A DNA stretch of 64,000 bases, from the NCBI GenBank assembly GCA_964019335.1, contig OZ025648.1, positions 806,001 to 870,000 of the forward strand. The letters are read 5' to 3'. Positions 23,742 through 36,490 of this stretch are shown one piece after another. The notes below the pieces were generated by a model. That model saw only the letters and a list, made by a program, of their open reading frames with translations. It did not search any database and was not told the origin of the DNA. How positions within the stretch are numbered: the stretch's first letter is position 1; each line of letters starts with the position of its first letter. Origin of the DNA: Diplonema japonicum. Lineage: Eukaryota > Protista > Euglenozoa: Diplonemea. The position numbers and the translations under genes were made by a program.

Positions 23742-25883
23742 ATGGCGAGCCCGCGCACGCCTGGGTCAACCAGATGGGAAGAAATAAAGGAAGCAGTGCA
23801 ACCAATGGATACGTGGAAGCTTCCGGAGAGACCCACGCAGACAGACATTGTCGAAACGTTTAAAGCGAACCTCGCCGCCGTGAAAGGCGTGGTATGGGGG
23901 GAGAGGGACTCTGCCTATGACGTGCTGAAGGTGGCGATCGAAAAACAGCGAAAGCTGAAGCAAGCGGAGCAGGCGTACCACGAGACAATGAGGACCATCA
24001 AAGAGGACTTCGCGAGCAACGAACGCGGGCAGTTAGAGGTCGAGACCCTTATGCTGCGAATCAGCAACGATCCGACACGCGCCTTACTCCTCTTGGAGAG
24101 AAAGAAAAAGATAACAGCCGCAATGAATGATCTCTTTTCAAAGGAACGCATTGCCCATGAAGACCTCAAGGAAGCACGGAGAGTCAACCTCCTGACCGAC
24201 GGAGAGCGGTCGAAGTACCGCGTCTTCATCATGCGGAAGGAGCTTGCTGCAGAACGGTCTGTACAAAAACGCCAGCGGGATAAGATGGCGAAAGCGTTGC
24301 AGGAGGAGAAATCGCTTCGGATTGACGACAGGATCCAAGGGGAGAGAGCGATCAGCGAGGATGTCAAGGTGAAGTACGCAGAGCAGCAACACATCATCCA
24401 TGAGATCGACGGGCTGAAGGAACGGATCAAAAAGATAGAGAAGCAGCTGGGAGATCTCGAGAGCAGCAACGAGGCCAACACGCACAGGCTGTCCTATCTC
24501 CAGCACAAGTCCATGCTCAGCGCGGAGCTTGCATCGCTCAACGCAGAGCTCTCTGAACTCTCAAAAGCTCTACCGTCCTTCGACGAAGATGAAAAGCGCG
24601 CCATGCGCGGCGTGCTCGCTGCACAAAAGCAACGCGAGTCCCTCAAACACTACGAGGAAGAGCACAACAACAAGATCCGGAGGATAGAGGACGCCAAGCG
24701 CACCTTCTCCAAAGCCCCGACACAGACACCGGGCGCTTCAGAGCTCAGACTCGCACGGGACAAGGTGGAATATCAAAAACAACTCCCCCTGCGGTACGCA
24801 CAGGACAAAACAGAGATGATCCACCAGGAACGAGCGTTGAAAGAGGTCATCACGGTGCTGGACGATCAGATTAAAACTGTGGATATCGAGGAAAAAATGC
24901 GTGTGTACGAAAAACGTGAAAGTGAGAGGCAAGCGTTGGGCCAAGTGTGGGAGAAGATGGACGCGCTGAAAGAACAGCACGACAGGGATATGGAAGTGAC
25001 ACAGCTGACAGCACGGGAGAAGGAGACAATCCGCACGGTTGAAGCACAACGGGCTTTGCGAAGAGCGAAGGGGAGAAGGCCCACTCAGAGAGGGGAGGAT
25101 CTGAGGAGAGGAACACTGTCAAGTATCTCGCTGACATCGGCTCTGGCCTCGTTTAGAAAGAAACCGTCTGTCGAGCAAGGCCTACAGGCCGCAAGGAAGT
25201 CGATCGTAGCAGATGATTTGATGCCACACTTCAAGACAGCGGCACGCACAAGCACACAACCTGACTCAAGAAGGCAGTCATTGTACGGGCCATCGGTTCC
25301 AACAATTTCCCCTCTACCATCTATTCGCAAGGCTCCTGCACTGCCGCCCCTACCACAGGCAAAGGCTCCTATGTCGACACAACTGTTTGGGAGGTTCCGT
25401 GCTGCACTGATGGCGACGTTGCTGGAAGGCGAGGCCTATGTGTTTGATTTAGAGATGGAGAAGAAGATGATAGAAGAGGTGCGCGAGGAGACATCTGAGC
25501 TGGCGTCAACGAAGAGCAGTGAGTCGGGCGAGGTCATTAAGTCGTTGAGAACCTTCTCGTTCGGCGACGCCCTTGGGGACCTCTCGTCAAGTGACAAGAG
25601 CGACGGGCCCATCAACTACGAGGACATTGCAGAGCTCGACGCCATCCTCGCCACTATCACAGCCTTGAAGCCGACAAAGCCGAGGTCCTTCTTTTTCACT
25701 AATCAGCACTCCAACCTCCTCAGCAAGGCCCCCCTCCTCTGCGCCAAAGAACGCTGGATGAGAACCCGCAACATGGCCCCTACCTTGCGCCCGCTGAGCA
25801 ACTCGGATGATGACCTCGTCGCCTTCTCGCTCGTTGACCCGTCCGATCTCCTCAACGGCCTCGGCCCTCTTGCAGAGGCTTAA
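23742..25883 (+). CDS. Coiled-coil protein of unknown function (713 aa)
   Basis: Long E/K/R/Q-rich heptad ORF with a Pro/Ser-rich linker; no recognised domain. Confidence 0.8.
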   Translation: MASPRTPGSTRWEEIKEAVQPMDTWKLPERPTQTDIVETFKANLAAVKGVVWGERDSAYDVLKVAIEKQRKLKQAEQAYHETMRTIKEDFASNERGQLEVETLMLRISNDPTRALLLLERKKKITAAMNDLFSKERIAHEDLKEARRVNLLTDGERSKYRVFIMRKELAAERSVQKRQRDKMAKALQEEKSLRIDDRIQGERAISEDVKVKYAEQQHIIHEIDGLKERIKKIEKQLGDLESSNEANTHRLSYLQHKSMLSAELASLNAELSELSKALPSFDEDEKRAMRGVLAAQKQRESLKHYEEEHNNKIRRIEDAKRTFSKAPTQTPGASELRLARDKVEYQKQLPLRYAQDKTEMIHQERALKEVITVLDDQIKTVDIEEKMRVYEKRESERQALGQVWEKMDALKEQHDRDMEVTQLTAREKETIRTVEAQRALRRAKGRRPTQRGEDLRRGTLSSISLTSALASFRKKPSVEQGLQAARKSIVADDLMPHFKTAARTSTQPDSRRQSLYGPSVPTISPLPSIRKAPALPPLPQAKAPMSTQLFGRFRAALMATLLEGEAYVFDLEMEKKMIEEVREETSELASTKSSESGEVIKSLRTFSFGDALGDLSSSDKSDGPINYEDIAELDAILATITALKPTKPRSFFFTNQHSNLLSKAPLLCAKERWMRTRNMAPTLRPLSNSDDDLVAFSLVDPSDLLNGLGPLAEA

Positions 25884-25970
25884 CAGCTCTGCTTCACGAC
25901 CATCTTTCATTTTCTCTTGATTTTTGCATTTTGTATTATCCATCCGTTGGTCACAGGGGTTTACATTGTG

Positions 25971-26190
25971 ATGCGTGTCACCAGGCACTTGTTGCCATCT
26001 TCTTGTGTACGCGGGGGCCGGATACACAAAAGAACGTGGTGTTCATGATGGAGAAGGCAACAGATCCTTTGACCACATGTTGGGGTTCTTCAAGAATATC
26101 AAGTTAAACAGTCTGAAGGGTACCGAGACCAACCCCCTGAAAGCCAGGACAGTCCGTACATCGGACCCTTCAGCCCCGATCACAGCGTCC
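25971..26190 (+). pseudogene. Decayed 5' fragment of the phosphoesterase gene at 48424
   Basis: ATGCGTGTCACC-AGGCACTTGTTGCC...AACAGATCCTTTGACCACATG...GGTACCGAGACCAACCCCCTGAA...CCCCGATCACAG aligns to 48424-48685 with indels. Confidence 0.9.
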
Positions 26191-26541
26191 ACCAGATGGC
26201 GTGAAGAAACCTAACGCGCAGTACGCTACAGGGAGGCTGTCGGCGGACCTCCTGCCGCCCCCTCCTTCGCCAGTCTCGTGACCCCTCTTGAATGAGGCCC
26301 GCCTCACGTAGTTGCCAACCCGTTCTCTCTTCTACCGGAACCCCAACATATTCACCGACTTCGTGAACGGCACCAACGCCATCGGGGGAACACCGCCACA
26401 GATCGGGACGCCTCTACTGGTCTCGGTATCTCCACGGTATCTCCAACTTCGGCACCATGCTGGCAATCGTGAGCAAGAACGCTGCTCGTAACTGAGCAAC
26501 TCATCTTTTTTAAAAAGGAAACACATACCTTAAAAGAATAG

Positions 26542-28062
<1,521 letters not shown>

Positions 28063-28353
28063 GTAGTGGTGGTAGTACTTATATAAATAAACATAGTATT
28101 TATATAGTAGGAAGAAACGGCCTTTCCCTTCCTCCCCCCTTTTTTTTGTTGTTCCCCCCATTTTCCCCTGTGTTTAAACCCCGGTTTCTCTTCCCCCCCC
28201 AATATAAATATCCTCCCCACCCTCTTTTTTTTTCTCTTTTTTCTCCCCCACCCCCCTTTCAAACCCCTTTTTGCTTTCTATCCGACCAACAAACACTCAA
28301 TTTTCCAGAGAACTCACTCAACAACACCCCCAACCCAACCCCAACCAATCGAA

Positions 28354-31300
28354 ATGGAGTTGAACGTTAAAAAGTACGAGGAAAGGGAGATGCTTGGGTC
28401 AGGCGGGCAGGGGTCGGTGTACAAGGTGGTGAGGAGGGCAGATGAGAGCGTCTTTGCGATGAAGGTGTTGACAGCATTCGAGGAACAGATGCACAGGAGG
28501 AATGTGAAGGAGGTGCGGCACATGCTGAAGCTGAGCCACAGGAGCCTGATTCCCTGCCTTGACTACTTCGAGACGACAAAGCAGGTGACAGAGGAACCCC
28601 CTGAGAAGGTGTGGCGGGTTCACATCGTGATGCCCCTGTATGAAAGGGGTGACCTCGACTCTCACGTGAAGAAGGAGGGACCCCTCTCTCGGGTGAGGGC
28701 GGGGAGACTCCTGCAGGACATGGCAGAGGTTCTTCAGTACCTTCACAACAATGACTTCATCCACAGGGACGTGAAGCCTCACAACATCATGGTGGGGACA
28801 CCCCTTCCTGCGACTGGTGGTGGTGGTGGTGGTGTGGAAGCGGAGTTCATCCTGGCGGACTTGGGCCTGTCGAGGGAGGTGACCTTTGATGGGGGAGCTG
28901 GGACCTATGTGGGGACACCAATCTTCATGGCTCCTGACTATGCAAAAGACCGCTACAGCAACAAAGTGGACATGTGGGCCCTTGGGGTGACCTTGTGCTG
29001 TGTGGTGTTACAAAAAAGCCTGAGGGACATGTTCCTGAGGTACCTTCAGACCAACCGCAAACTTGTGGTGACGAAGCTTCAGACGCACCTCCCACCTGTC
29101 CTTGGGAAACCGCTTTACGAACTGGTGCTCTGCCTCCTCTCGACCGACCCTTTGAAACGCCCCACAGCTGCGGAGGTGCTGCAAATAGCTTCCAACTGTT
29201 CAGACCCCAGACTCAATGAACCGATGATGATTCTTCTTTTTGCCTGCGGGTGTGTTGATGGGAAGGTGTGGGATAGGGAGCTTCTCGTGGAAGCAGGGGC
29301 AAGAGCGACGGAGGTTCGGGTGGCGGCACAGAAGGCCTTCCCTTCGGGAGGAGAGGGAGAGCTCCTGGTGCGCAGGTTGGAGGTGCTCGACAAGGACAGC
29401 AAGGAGTTCGTGGCGGTGGACGAGGGGGACATCGTGTTCGAGGACAAGGGACGGGTCCGCGTCGTGTTTGAATCAAGGTACCCAACCGCCTCTGCCCTCA
29501 TGAAGGAAGAGCAGATCCTTGCCCTGCACCTCGCTGCTTCGGAAGGCAACCTGAAGGAGATGGAGCGTCTTGTTGTGGGGCAGGGCGTTCCCTCCGGTGC
29601 AAGGGACAGCGATGGCCTCACAGCCCTGCACGCTGCAGCAGCAAACAACTGTGTTGAGGCTGTGGCCGCTCTCATCGATTCTTACGGGCAAGACCCTGGA
29701 GTCAAAAGCAACGACGGTTGTACACCACTCCATCTCGCATCTCGGGAAGGACACCTCGAAACCGTTAAATACTTGGTCGAAACCAAAGGGCAAAACCCTG
29801 GTGTCAAAAGCGACGATGGTTATACACTAGTCCATCTGGCATCTCGGGGAGGACACCTTGAAACGGTTAAATATTTGGTCGAAACCAAGGGGCAAGACCC
29901 TGATGTCAATAACGATGACGGTTATAGCCCGGTCCATCTAGCATCTCAGGGAGGACACCTCGAAACCGTTAAATATTTGGTTGAAACCAAGGGGCAAGAC
30001 CCTGGTGTCAAAAGCAACGACGGTTATACACCAGTCCATCTGGCAGCTCAGGGAAGACACCTCGAAACAATCACATTTTTAATCGAAGTTCGAGGGCAAG
30101 GTGCAGTTTTCAAAAGCATAGATGGTACGACACCAGCCCATCTGGCAGCTCGGGGAGGACACCTCGAGACTATTAAATATTTGGTCAAAAGGCAAGACCC
30201 TGCTGCCGAAAGCAACAATGGTTGTCCGATCCATCTCGCAACTCGGGGAGGACACCTCGAAACAGTTAAGTATTTCGTCGAATCTCAGAAACAGGACCCC
30301 GGAGTCAAAAGCAACGATGGTTATACACTGGTCCATCTGGCAGCTCAGGGAGGACACCTCGAAACCATTAAATATTTGATCGAGACCAAGGGGCAAGACC
30401 CTGGTGCCAAAAGCAACCATAGCAGCGCAGGATGGGCACCGGTCCATGAAGCGGCTCGGGGAGGACACCTCGAAGTAGTTAGATATTTGGTCGAAACTTG
30501 GAAACAACACCCTGGTGTTAGGAGCAGCTATGGGTATACACCAGTCCATCTCGCAGCTTGGGGAGGACACCTCGAAACCATTAAATATTTGATCGAGACC
30601 AAGGGGCAAGACCCTGATGTCCAAAGCCACGATCATCACGGAGTGACGCCGTTGCACGTGGCGGCCATAGCAGGACACCTCGAGACCATTAAATACTTGG
30701 TCGAAACACGGAAGCAATACGCTGGTGTCGAAAACAATAACGGTAGTAGACCACTCCATCTCGCAGCTGAAAATGGCCATCTCCAAGTAGTTAAATACCT
30801 CGTCAAACAAGCTTGGCAATTCCATGCTGTAGAGAAGAACAAGACCGGTCGTACGCCATTCCATCTGGCGGTTCAGGGCGGACACCTCGACATCGTTAAG
30901 TACTTCATTAGTCTTCACAAGCTCCTACCAACGCTTGACGGTGTGATTGCGGTCGATACTGCAGCTGGACATGGACAGCTCGAGATTGTTAAATACTTGG
31001 TCGAAGAAAAGAGAATAAACCCTTATGAATGCAGCTGTCTTCATTCATTCGTCAAAAAACAAGGTTGGACAGCAGTCCATCTGGCAGCTCAGGGAGGACA
31101 CCTCGAAACCGTGAAGTACCTCATCCAGACTCGTGGATTTGATACCACTATTCAAGACAGTTACAAATGTGAAACACCAGTCCATATGGCAGCACAGAAC
31201 GGACACCTCGAGGTAGTTAAGTACTTCGCTCGATGTAGTTCTCTGAAGCAGTACACTCACACCAAAACCAAAACCGGTTGTACACCAGCCCATTTGGCAG

Positions 31301-32163
31301 CTGGAAATGGACATCTTGAGACAGTCAAGTACTTCATCGAAGATAAGGGACTAGATCCTCGCACAGGGAACAACAACAATCTGGCACCGATCCATATGGC
31401 AGCTGAAAATGGACATCTCGATATAGTTAAGTACTTCATCGAAGACAAGAAGCTGCACCCTGGCATCAAAGGTTGTGACCTCTGGACACCAATGCATTCT
31501 GCAGCTAAAACTGGACAGCTCGAGACAGTTAAATATTTGCTCGAAGATCGAATGCAAGACCCTGGTGTCAAAAGCCACGATGGTCGAACACTTGTCCATA
31601 TTGCAGCACAGCACGGACAACTTGAAACAATTAAATACTTAATCGATGTTCATGGTCAAAACCCTGGCGTCAAAAGCAACGATGGTTCGACATCAGTCCA
31701 TATGGCAGCTCGGAATAGACACCTCGAAACAATCACATATTTGATCGAATCTCAAAAACAAGACCCTGGTGCAAAGAACAACAACGGTTGGACACCAGTC
31801 CATCTAGCAGCAGGACATGGACACCTCGACACAGTTAAATATTTGGTCGAAACTCAAAATCAAAGAGCTGGTGTTAAAAACAACGACGGTTGGCGACCAC
31901 TCCATCTGGCAGCTCGGAACGGACACTTTAAAACAGTTAGATATTTGGTGGAAACTCAGAGACAAAACCTCGGTGTCAAAACTAAGGACGGGTGGACACC
32001 TGGTGACCTGGCATTGCGCAATGGACGAGACCACACCGCGAAGTATTTAATAAAGCTGAGTGTTAAGACTGGGAAGTGGAAGTGGCTGTGTTGCTGCTGC
32101 CTGGAGGTGAAGAGCGAATTAGTTTATAGGAACAAAGTGGAGAAGAGAGCCGCAGGCTTTTGA
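28354..32163 (+). CDS. Ser/Thr kinase (NEK-like, DLG) with ubiquitin-like linker and roughly 24-25 ankyrin repeats, paralogue A
   Basis: GSGGQG, AMK, HRDVKPHN, DLG, GTPIFMAPD, DMWALG; 34-aa repeats HLETVKYLVETKGQDPGVKSNDGYTPVHLAAxGG. Confidence 0.92.
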   Translation: MELNVKKYEEREMLGSGGQGSVYKVVRRADESVFAMKVLTAFEEQMHRRNVKEVRHMLKLSHRSLIPCLDYFETTKQVTEEPPEKVWRVHIVMPLYERGDLDSHVKKEGPLSRVRAGRLLQDMAEVLQYLHNNDFIHRDVKPHNIMVGTPLPATGGGGGGVEAEFILADLGLSREVTFDGGAGTYVGTPIFMAPDYAKDRYSNKVDMWALGVTLCCVVLQKSLRDMFLRYLQTNRKLVVTKLQTHLPPVLGKPLYELVLCLLSTDPLKRPTAAEVLQIASNCSDPRLNEPMMILLFACGCVDGKVWDRELLVEAGARATEVRVAAQKAFPSGGEGELLVRRLEVLDKDSKEFVAVDEGDIVFEDKGRVRVVFESRYPTASALMKEEQILALHLAASEGNLKEMERLVVGQGVPSGARDSDGLTALHAAAANNCVEAVAALIDSYGQDPGVKSNDGCTPLHLASREGHLETVKYLVETKGQNPGVKSDDGYTLVHLASRGGHLETVKYLVETKGQDPDVNNDDGYSPVHLASQGGHLETVKYLVETKGQDPGVKSNDGYTPVHLAAQGRHLETITFLIEVRGQGAVFKSIDGTTPAHLAARGGHLETIKYLVKRQDPAAESNNGCPIHLATRGGHLETVKYFVESQKQDPGVKSNDGYTLVHLAAQGGHLETIKYLIETKGQDPGAKSNHSSAGWAPVHEAARGGHLEVVRYLVETWKQHPGVRSSYGYTPVHLAAWGGHLETIKYLIETKGQDPDVQSHDHHGVTPLHVAAIAGHLETIKYLVETRKQYAGVENNNGSRPLHLAAENGHLQVVKYLVKQAWQFHAVEKNKTGRTPFHLAVQGGHLDIVKYFISLHKLLPTLDGVIAVDTAAGHGQLEIVKYLVEEKRINPYECSCLHSFVKKQGWTAVHLAAQGGHLETVKYLIQTRGFDTTIQDSYKCETPVHMAAQNGHLEVVKYFARCSSLKQYTHTKTKTGCTPAHLAAGNGHLETVKYFIEDKGLDPRTGNNNNLAPIHMAAENGHLDIVKYFIEDKKLHPGIKGCDLWTPMHSAAKTGQLETVKYLLEDRMQDPGVKSHDGRTLVHIAAQHGQLETIKYLIDVHGQNPGVKSNDGSTSVHMAARNRHLETITYLIESQKQDPGAKNNNGWTPVHLAAGHGHLDTVKYLVETQNQRAGVKNNDGWRPLHLAARNGHFKTVRYLVETQRQNLGVKTKDGWTPGDLALRNGRDHTAKYLIKLSVKTGKWKWLCCCCLEVKSELVYRNKVEKRAAGF

Positions 32164-32432
32164 CCCATCACCGTGCGGAAGGGTAGTAAACCCCACCACC
32201 GTGTTGCTGCTGAGGTGTACTTTCGTTAACGCCGATCGTGTGGTAGAAGAGGAAATAAAAATAAGCATAAAGTGTCAAACATATAACAATCGATTGAAAG
32301 AAAAAGAACGCTTACCAAAGGTGTCAAACATACAACTATTCCCCACTATTCGGTAAAGAATTTCAATTTTTTTTTTTTAAACTAGGAATTTGAGTTACTG
32401 TAAATCTCTTAATTAATTGGGACCCTTTAAAA

Positions 32433-32867
32433 GGGGGGGTCATAAGGGGGTCGTTATTTGCCCTTTTTCAGGCTCTTCGCCAAGGGCATTTTGGGCCCTT
32501 AAAAAAACTGTAACCACCCCAAAAGTGCCCACAAATCACCCAAACCCCCGTTTCCCGATGGTTTCCGGCCCCAGAAGTGCCCAGAATCATGTTCTAATTT
32601 TGGGGCCCCCGTTTGGTACTTTCCCTATGTAATCCTAGGGAACATAAAATAGGGGGCCCTAGGATTACATAGGGAAAGTACCAAACGGGGGCCCCAAAAT
32701 TAGAACATGATTCTGGGCACTTCTGCCGGAAACCATCGGGAAACGGGGGTTTGGGTGATTTATGGGCACTTTTGGGGTGGTTACAGTTTTCTTAAGGGCC
32801 CAAAATGCCCTTGGCGAAGAGCCTGAAAAAGGGCAAAAAGTGGCCCTTTTTACCATATGACCCCCCC
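32433..32867. mobile_element. Foldback element copy 1 (435 bp, ~200-bp inverted arms, ~20-nt spacer)
   Basis: GGGGGGGTCATA...TATGACCCCCCC termini with a near-perfect palindrome; reverse-complement copy at 50864-51305; absent from the paralogous segment at ~40620. Confidence 0.9.
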
Positions 32868-33471
32868 TAGGGCTACGTTGTCGGCGGACGGCCGTACGTA
32901 CGCGTATTTCGAACGTACGCCGTACGCACTTTTTTTGCTGCGTACGCGTACGCATTTTTTGCGTACGGCATTCATTTTGGAAAAGCCTAAGGCCATAGTC
33001 ACTGGGCATGTGGTGGGTACTCAAGGGCCTCTCTTGCGACCTGTTGGCATTAGGCTTTTGGGTCAGGCCTGCGGTGTACGGAGCTCGGGTAAGGGGCACC
33101 TTGATATAATTCAGGTCAAACTCTACTTCAACTAACGTAGTTTCACCTGCACGCAGTTTGTGAGAGACTACTGGCGTGTGACGGAACTGGCGTTGGAAGA
33201 CCTGCAGGGTGCCCGATCCTGATGACGAAGAGAACGTCTGATAGAGACGAATCGGGTGTAAAAGTGTTGCAGTGAAGCCTGCCGCCCACCCTCTCTTCCA
33301 TCCATTTTTGTGCCCCACTCCCCTTTGCCCCTCTTGTCCAACGTAAGCCCTTTGACCCGTAGCCTGTACCTGTAGGTGTAAGGAGCCGTACGACGTACGC
33401 ACGTGCGTACATATGCCGTACGCACTTTTTCAGATTTTGCTGCGTACGCGTACGCCGACAACGTAGCCCTG
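32868..33471. mobile_element. Non-autonomous DNA transposon with YAGGG termini (hAT-like)
   Basis: TAGGGCTACGTTGTCGGCG...CGCCGACAACGTAGCCCTG TIRs with subterminal CGTACG arrays; followed by a G-run. Confidence 0.75.
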
Positions 33472-33745
33472 GGGGGGGGGGGGGGGGGGGGGGCAGATGG
33501 GACACTTTTCTTCCCGTACAAAATTAAGAGATCTACAGTAATCTTTTTTTTTTTTGAGCAGTGAACATTTTTACGCACTGAAACGTTTTCATCTCCTTTT
33601 TCTTTTTTTTAATTCTTCTACTTCTCCTCTTATATGTTTCGTTCCTCGCACCAACGTGCATGTTTGCTTTTTTTTATTTTTTTTTTTATGTGGCATTGCC
33701 ATTGGCTCGTCTTTGTAAAAACGGCCCTTACTTTTGGTCTAAAAG

Positions 33746-33776
<31 letters not shown>

Positions 33777-33780
<4 letters not shown>

Positions 33781-35525
33781 TAAAGGACCGGGGGTTTTGG
33801 TGAAAAAAAATGCCAAGGACCGTCTATTTATGAACCCGGGGAAAAAAAATGCGAGAGTTTAACCATAGGAAAGTACACTATACCCTTTAAAAAGCACGTG
33901 ACCCAGGGGGTAAAAAAAAACAGTTTATTTTCCATGCAGGGGGGCTTACTTAGTGTTCATACGGGGTCGGGAGAGGAAATGTACGACAAAGTACTGAGCA
34001 TCACGAGCGACTTTGCTCAACCCACTCGAGGGCGCTTGGGCGGAGGACAGCCTCCCACTTTTTTTTTCTTCTACAGATGTCGATTTTGTTCCAACATTGG
34101 GTCCTGGCGGACGCTGGAGCCCTTGAGGATTTTTTTTTCAAGCGTCCCCAGAATTGTCGGTGTTTTATCATGTCAGGGTAGTCATTTTTTGTATGAAAAA
34201 TCTCAAAGCACTCAGGGCACAGGGCAACATTGCACGTTTTGTAGGTGTAAAGTTGTTTTTTATTGATTCTTGGCACAGCCTTGAGGTGAATTTCATACTA
34301 TAGGCAAAGTCGAAGAGACTGAAGGCAAAGTTATAGGCAAAGCCGAAAAGGCTAACACGGGTTTGGTACGGCCGTGCCACAAGAGGAACCGGATGCTGTC
34401 CGAACTCTGCCGCATGACTCTGTCATGGTGTGAGATTTGTTTGCTGGCCTCCTTTTTCGTTTTTCTGCCACTGTCGTCTTCCGGAGTTGAACCGTGCCCA
34501 CGGGGTTGTATTTTTCTGTTGCGCTGAACCTCCGATAGCATGCATACCCATACTCAAAAGAGAGCAGAAGAGCTGGTAATTAGAATAAAGATTATCCATC
34601 GCAACCCAGTGACCACGATGCTCGAACTGTCGCAGAAGACATGGTACCGTGTCCTTTGGGTCCCCACCAGGGTAAATTCTAATGTTAAGCGCGCACCCTG
34701 TGCATGAATGCGGCGGAGTACACCTTAAAGCCATAGCGCTTGCGTTTAGCTGGTTGAAAAACGCTGTGCTTAAGGCGGGAGAAGGAGCGAATCAATGCTC
34801 AGCCCTTGACCGAGGGTGGTATGCAGCTTTCCAGCTGGGGGAGTCCGGGAATGCAGCATCTCCGCTTTTGATAGTGTCCCGTTGCCCTGGGAGCCAAAGT
34901 GGACACAACAAGAAGATATGGAGAAATGTGGCGCGGCCCAGGACACGGCCATGTAAGGCGTTGCAGACCAGTAGTCCGTGCCCGCCCTGCAGACTTCGTC
35001 CATCAAGGCGGGTAGAACCCAGACGGCGATCCAGGTGTTCAGTTGTACCACGTCTGCGTCGAATGTGGTGCCCTTGGATGTGGCATACACCTTTGAACAG
35101 CTGATAATGGACCCCAGCAAGCTGTTTGCGATAAACAAACTGAAAAGCTGTAGCCTATCCATGTCGCCGTTCGATGTTGCTGGACCCCTGTACCCATGTC
35201 ATTTCTTGGCCGGTATACAGTTGATATTTGTCCCCCAAGCGCACACCACCCTCATCTGAGGTGGTGCTGGGGCTGGAAGGAGCACTTGAAATCACTTCCG
35301 AAGGTCCTGAGAGCTGCTCTCAATACTAAGTACAAAAGGACACCAAGCAACCCCCTTGGGGACGGGTTTTTGTGTTTATTCTTCGCGCAAAAGGGTATTT
35401 CAAATAAAAAAAAATCGCGGAACAATGGGTCTTAGTAAAGTCCAGGGGCTGTGGGGCACAAAAAGTGTCACATAGAAAAGATAATTTTTCTTAAGGACAC
35501 ATATGTCCTCATGGTCCTTTAGTGG
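33777..35525 (-). mobile_element. Degenerate piggyBac transposon (1749 bp)
   Basis: TTAA on both sides; 13-bp TIR CCACTAAAGGACC; minus-strand fragments GHWVAMDNLYS (catalytic core) and KTCNVALCPECFEIFH (C-terminal Cys-rich domain); absent from the paralogous site at ~41100. Confidence 0.92.
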
Positions 35526-35799
35526 TTAAAAAAGAAATCTGGATTTTACTGCTATTTCTCTTCTTATCCTGTCACATGTTGCAGGTTCCTTTCAAACGAC
35601 ATCTTTTTTTTTTTTTTTTTTTGTAAAAAAAAGACGGGGAAAAACAAGTATAGAGGGAAAAGTATATAAAAAAAAAAAAGAATCTAAAATGTGATCCGGA
35701 TCTGCGATGTTGATGTCCGTCGATAATCCCGGCGGGGTGGAGGGCGGTCTCCGGGAGGTGGGTGTGAAGAGGTCGAACGGGGCGGCGTTGAACGAGGAA

Positions 35800-36180
35800 G
35801 TGTCGAACCCGCACACTACCACTAGACTTGTACCACGATGTCAGGGAAACATTCCCGACGTCCTTGTTCCATTCTTGAGATGGAGCTGCTCGCCACTCCG
35901 GCGTACCACTGTCGGTGGCTAGCATAGGAAGGACAGCTCGAACCTGTAAGATATTTTGATGATATTTTCCCGCAACTGGAACCAACGTAACGACCTTGGG
36001 CCGCAGTCCATATCGCAGCACAATTTTTTTTGTGGTTGGGAAAAGTACTCTCCATGCCTGCTGGGATGCTAGTGGGAGCCAACGAAGGGTGCCACTTGCC
36101 TGAAGAGATCAGCACTTGGAAGAGTCACAAGACTAAATCGAAACTGAGAGATACCTAGTACTGACCATACCCCCTCCCTT
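35800..36180 (+). mobile_element. Probable pogo-family fragment
   Basis: GGGAAAAGTACTCTCCA..CCTGCTGGGA.GC (~36038-36070) matches ~47925-47955 inside the pogo element; boundaries uncertain. Confidence 0.4.
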
Positions 36181-36490
36181 TTTAGGGCATGCGGCTTTCG
36201 CCTTAGGAGTTTACATGTTAATTTGAGTTTTTTCTCTTCTCTTTCTGTGGGAACTCTCTGACTTTACTGGGACGCTTGTGCCTGGTGCCTCTCCCTACAG
36301 AACAGCTTTTTTTTCTAACAAAGCTATTGAACCAGTCCAGCAGGGACGTCCCCCATCCTCTGAATCCAAGAAAGCGTTCCCCCTCCCCCTTTAAAAACCA
36401 AACCTTTTTGCTTTCTATCCGACCAACAAACACTCAATTTTCCAGAGAACTCACTCAACAACACCCCCAACCCAACCCCAACCAATCGAA

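Larger units (their letters stand above)
32397..33540. mobile_element. Older small TA-flanked MITE (termini CTGTAAATCTCTTAATT) split by nested insertions
   Basis: TACTGTAAATCTCTTAATT at ~32396 pairs with AATTAAGAGATCTACAGTA at ~33522-33540. An uninterrupted ~85-bp version lies at ~40595-40679. Confidence 0.65.

Noticed and set aside
29700-32040. ~102-bp periodic repeats as a CRISPR-like array
   Set aside because: They are in-frame ankyrin coding repeats with no repeat-spacer structure, in a eukaryotic context.
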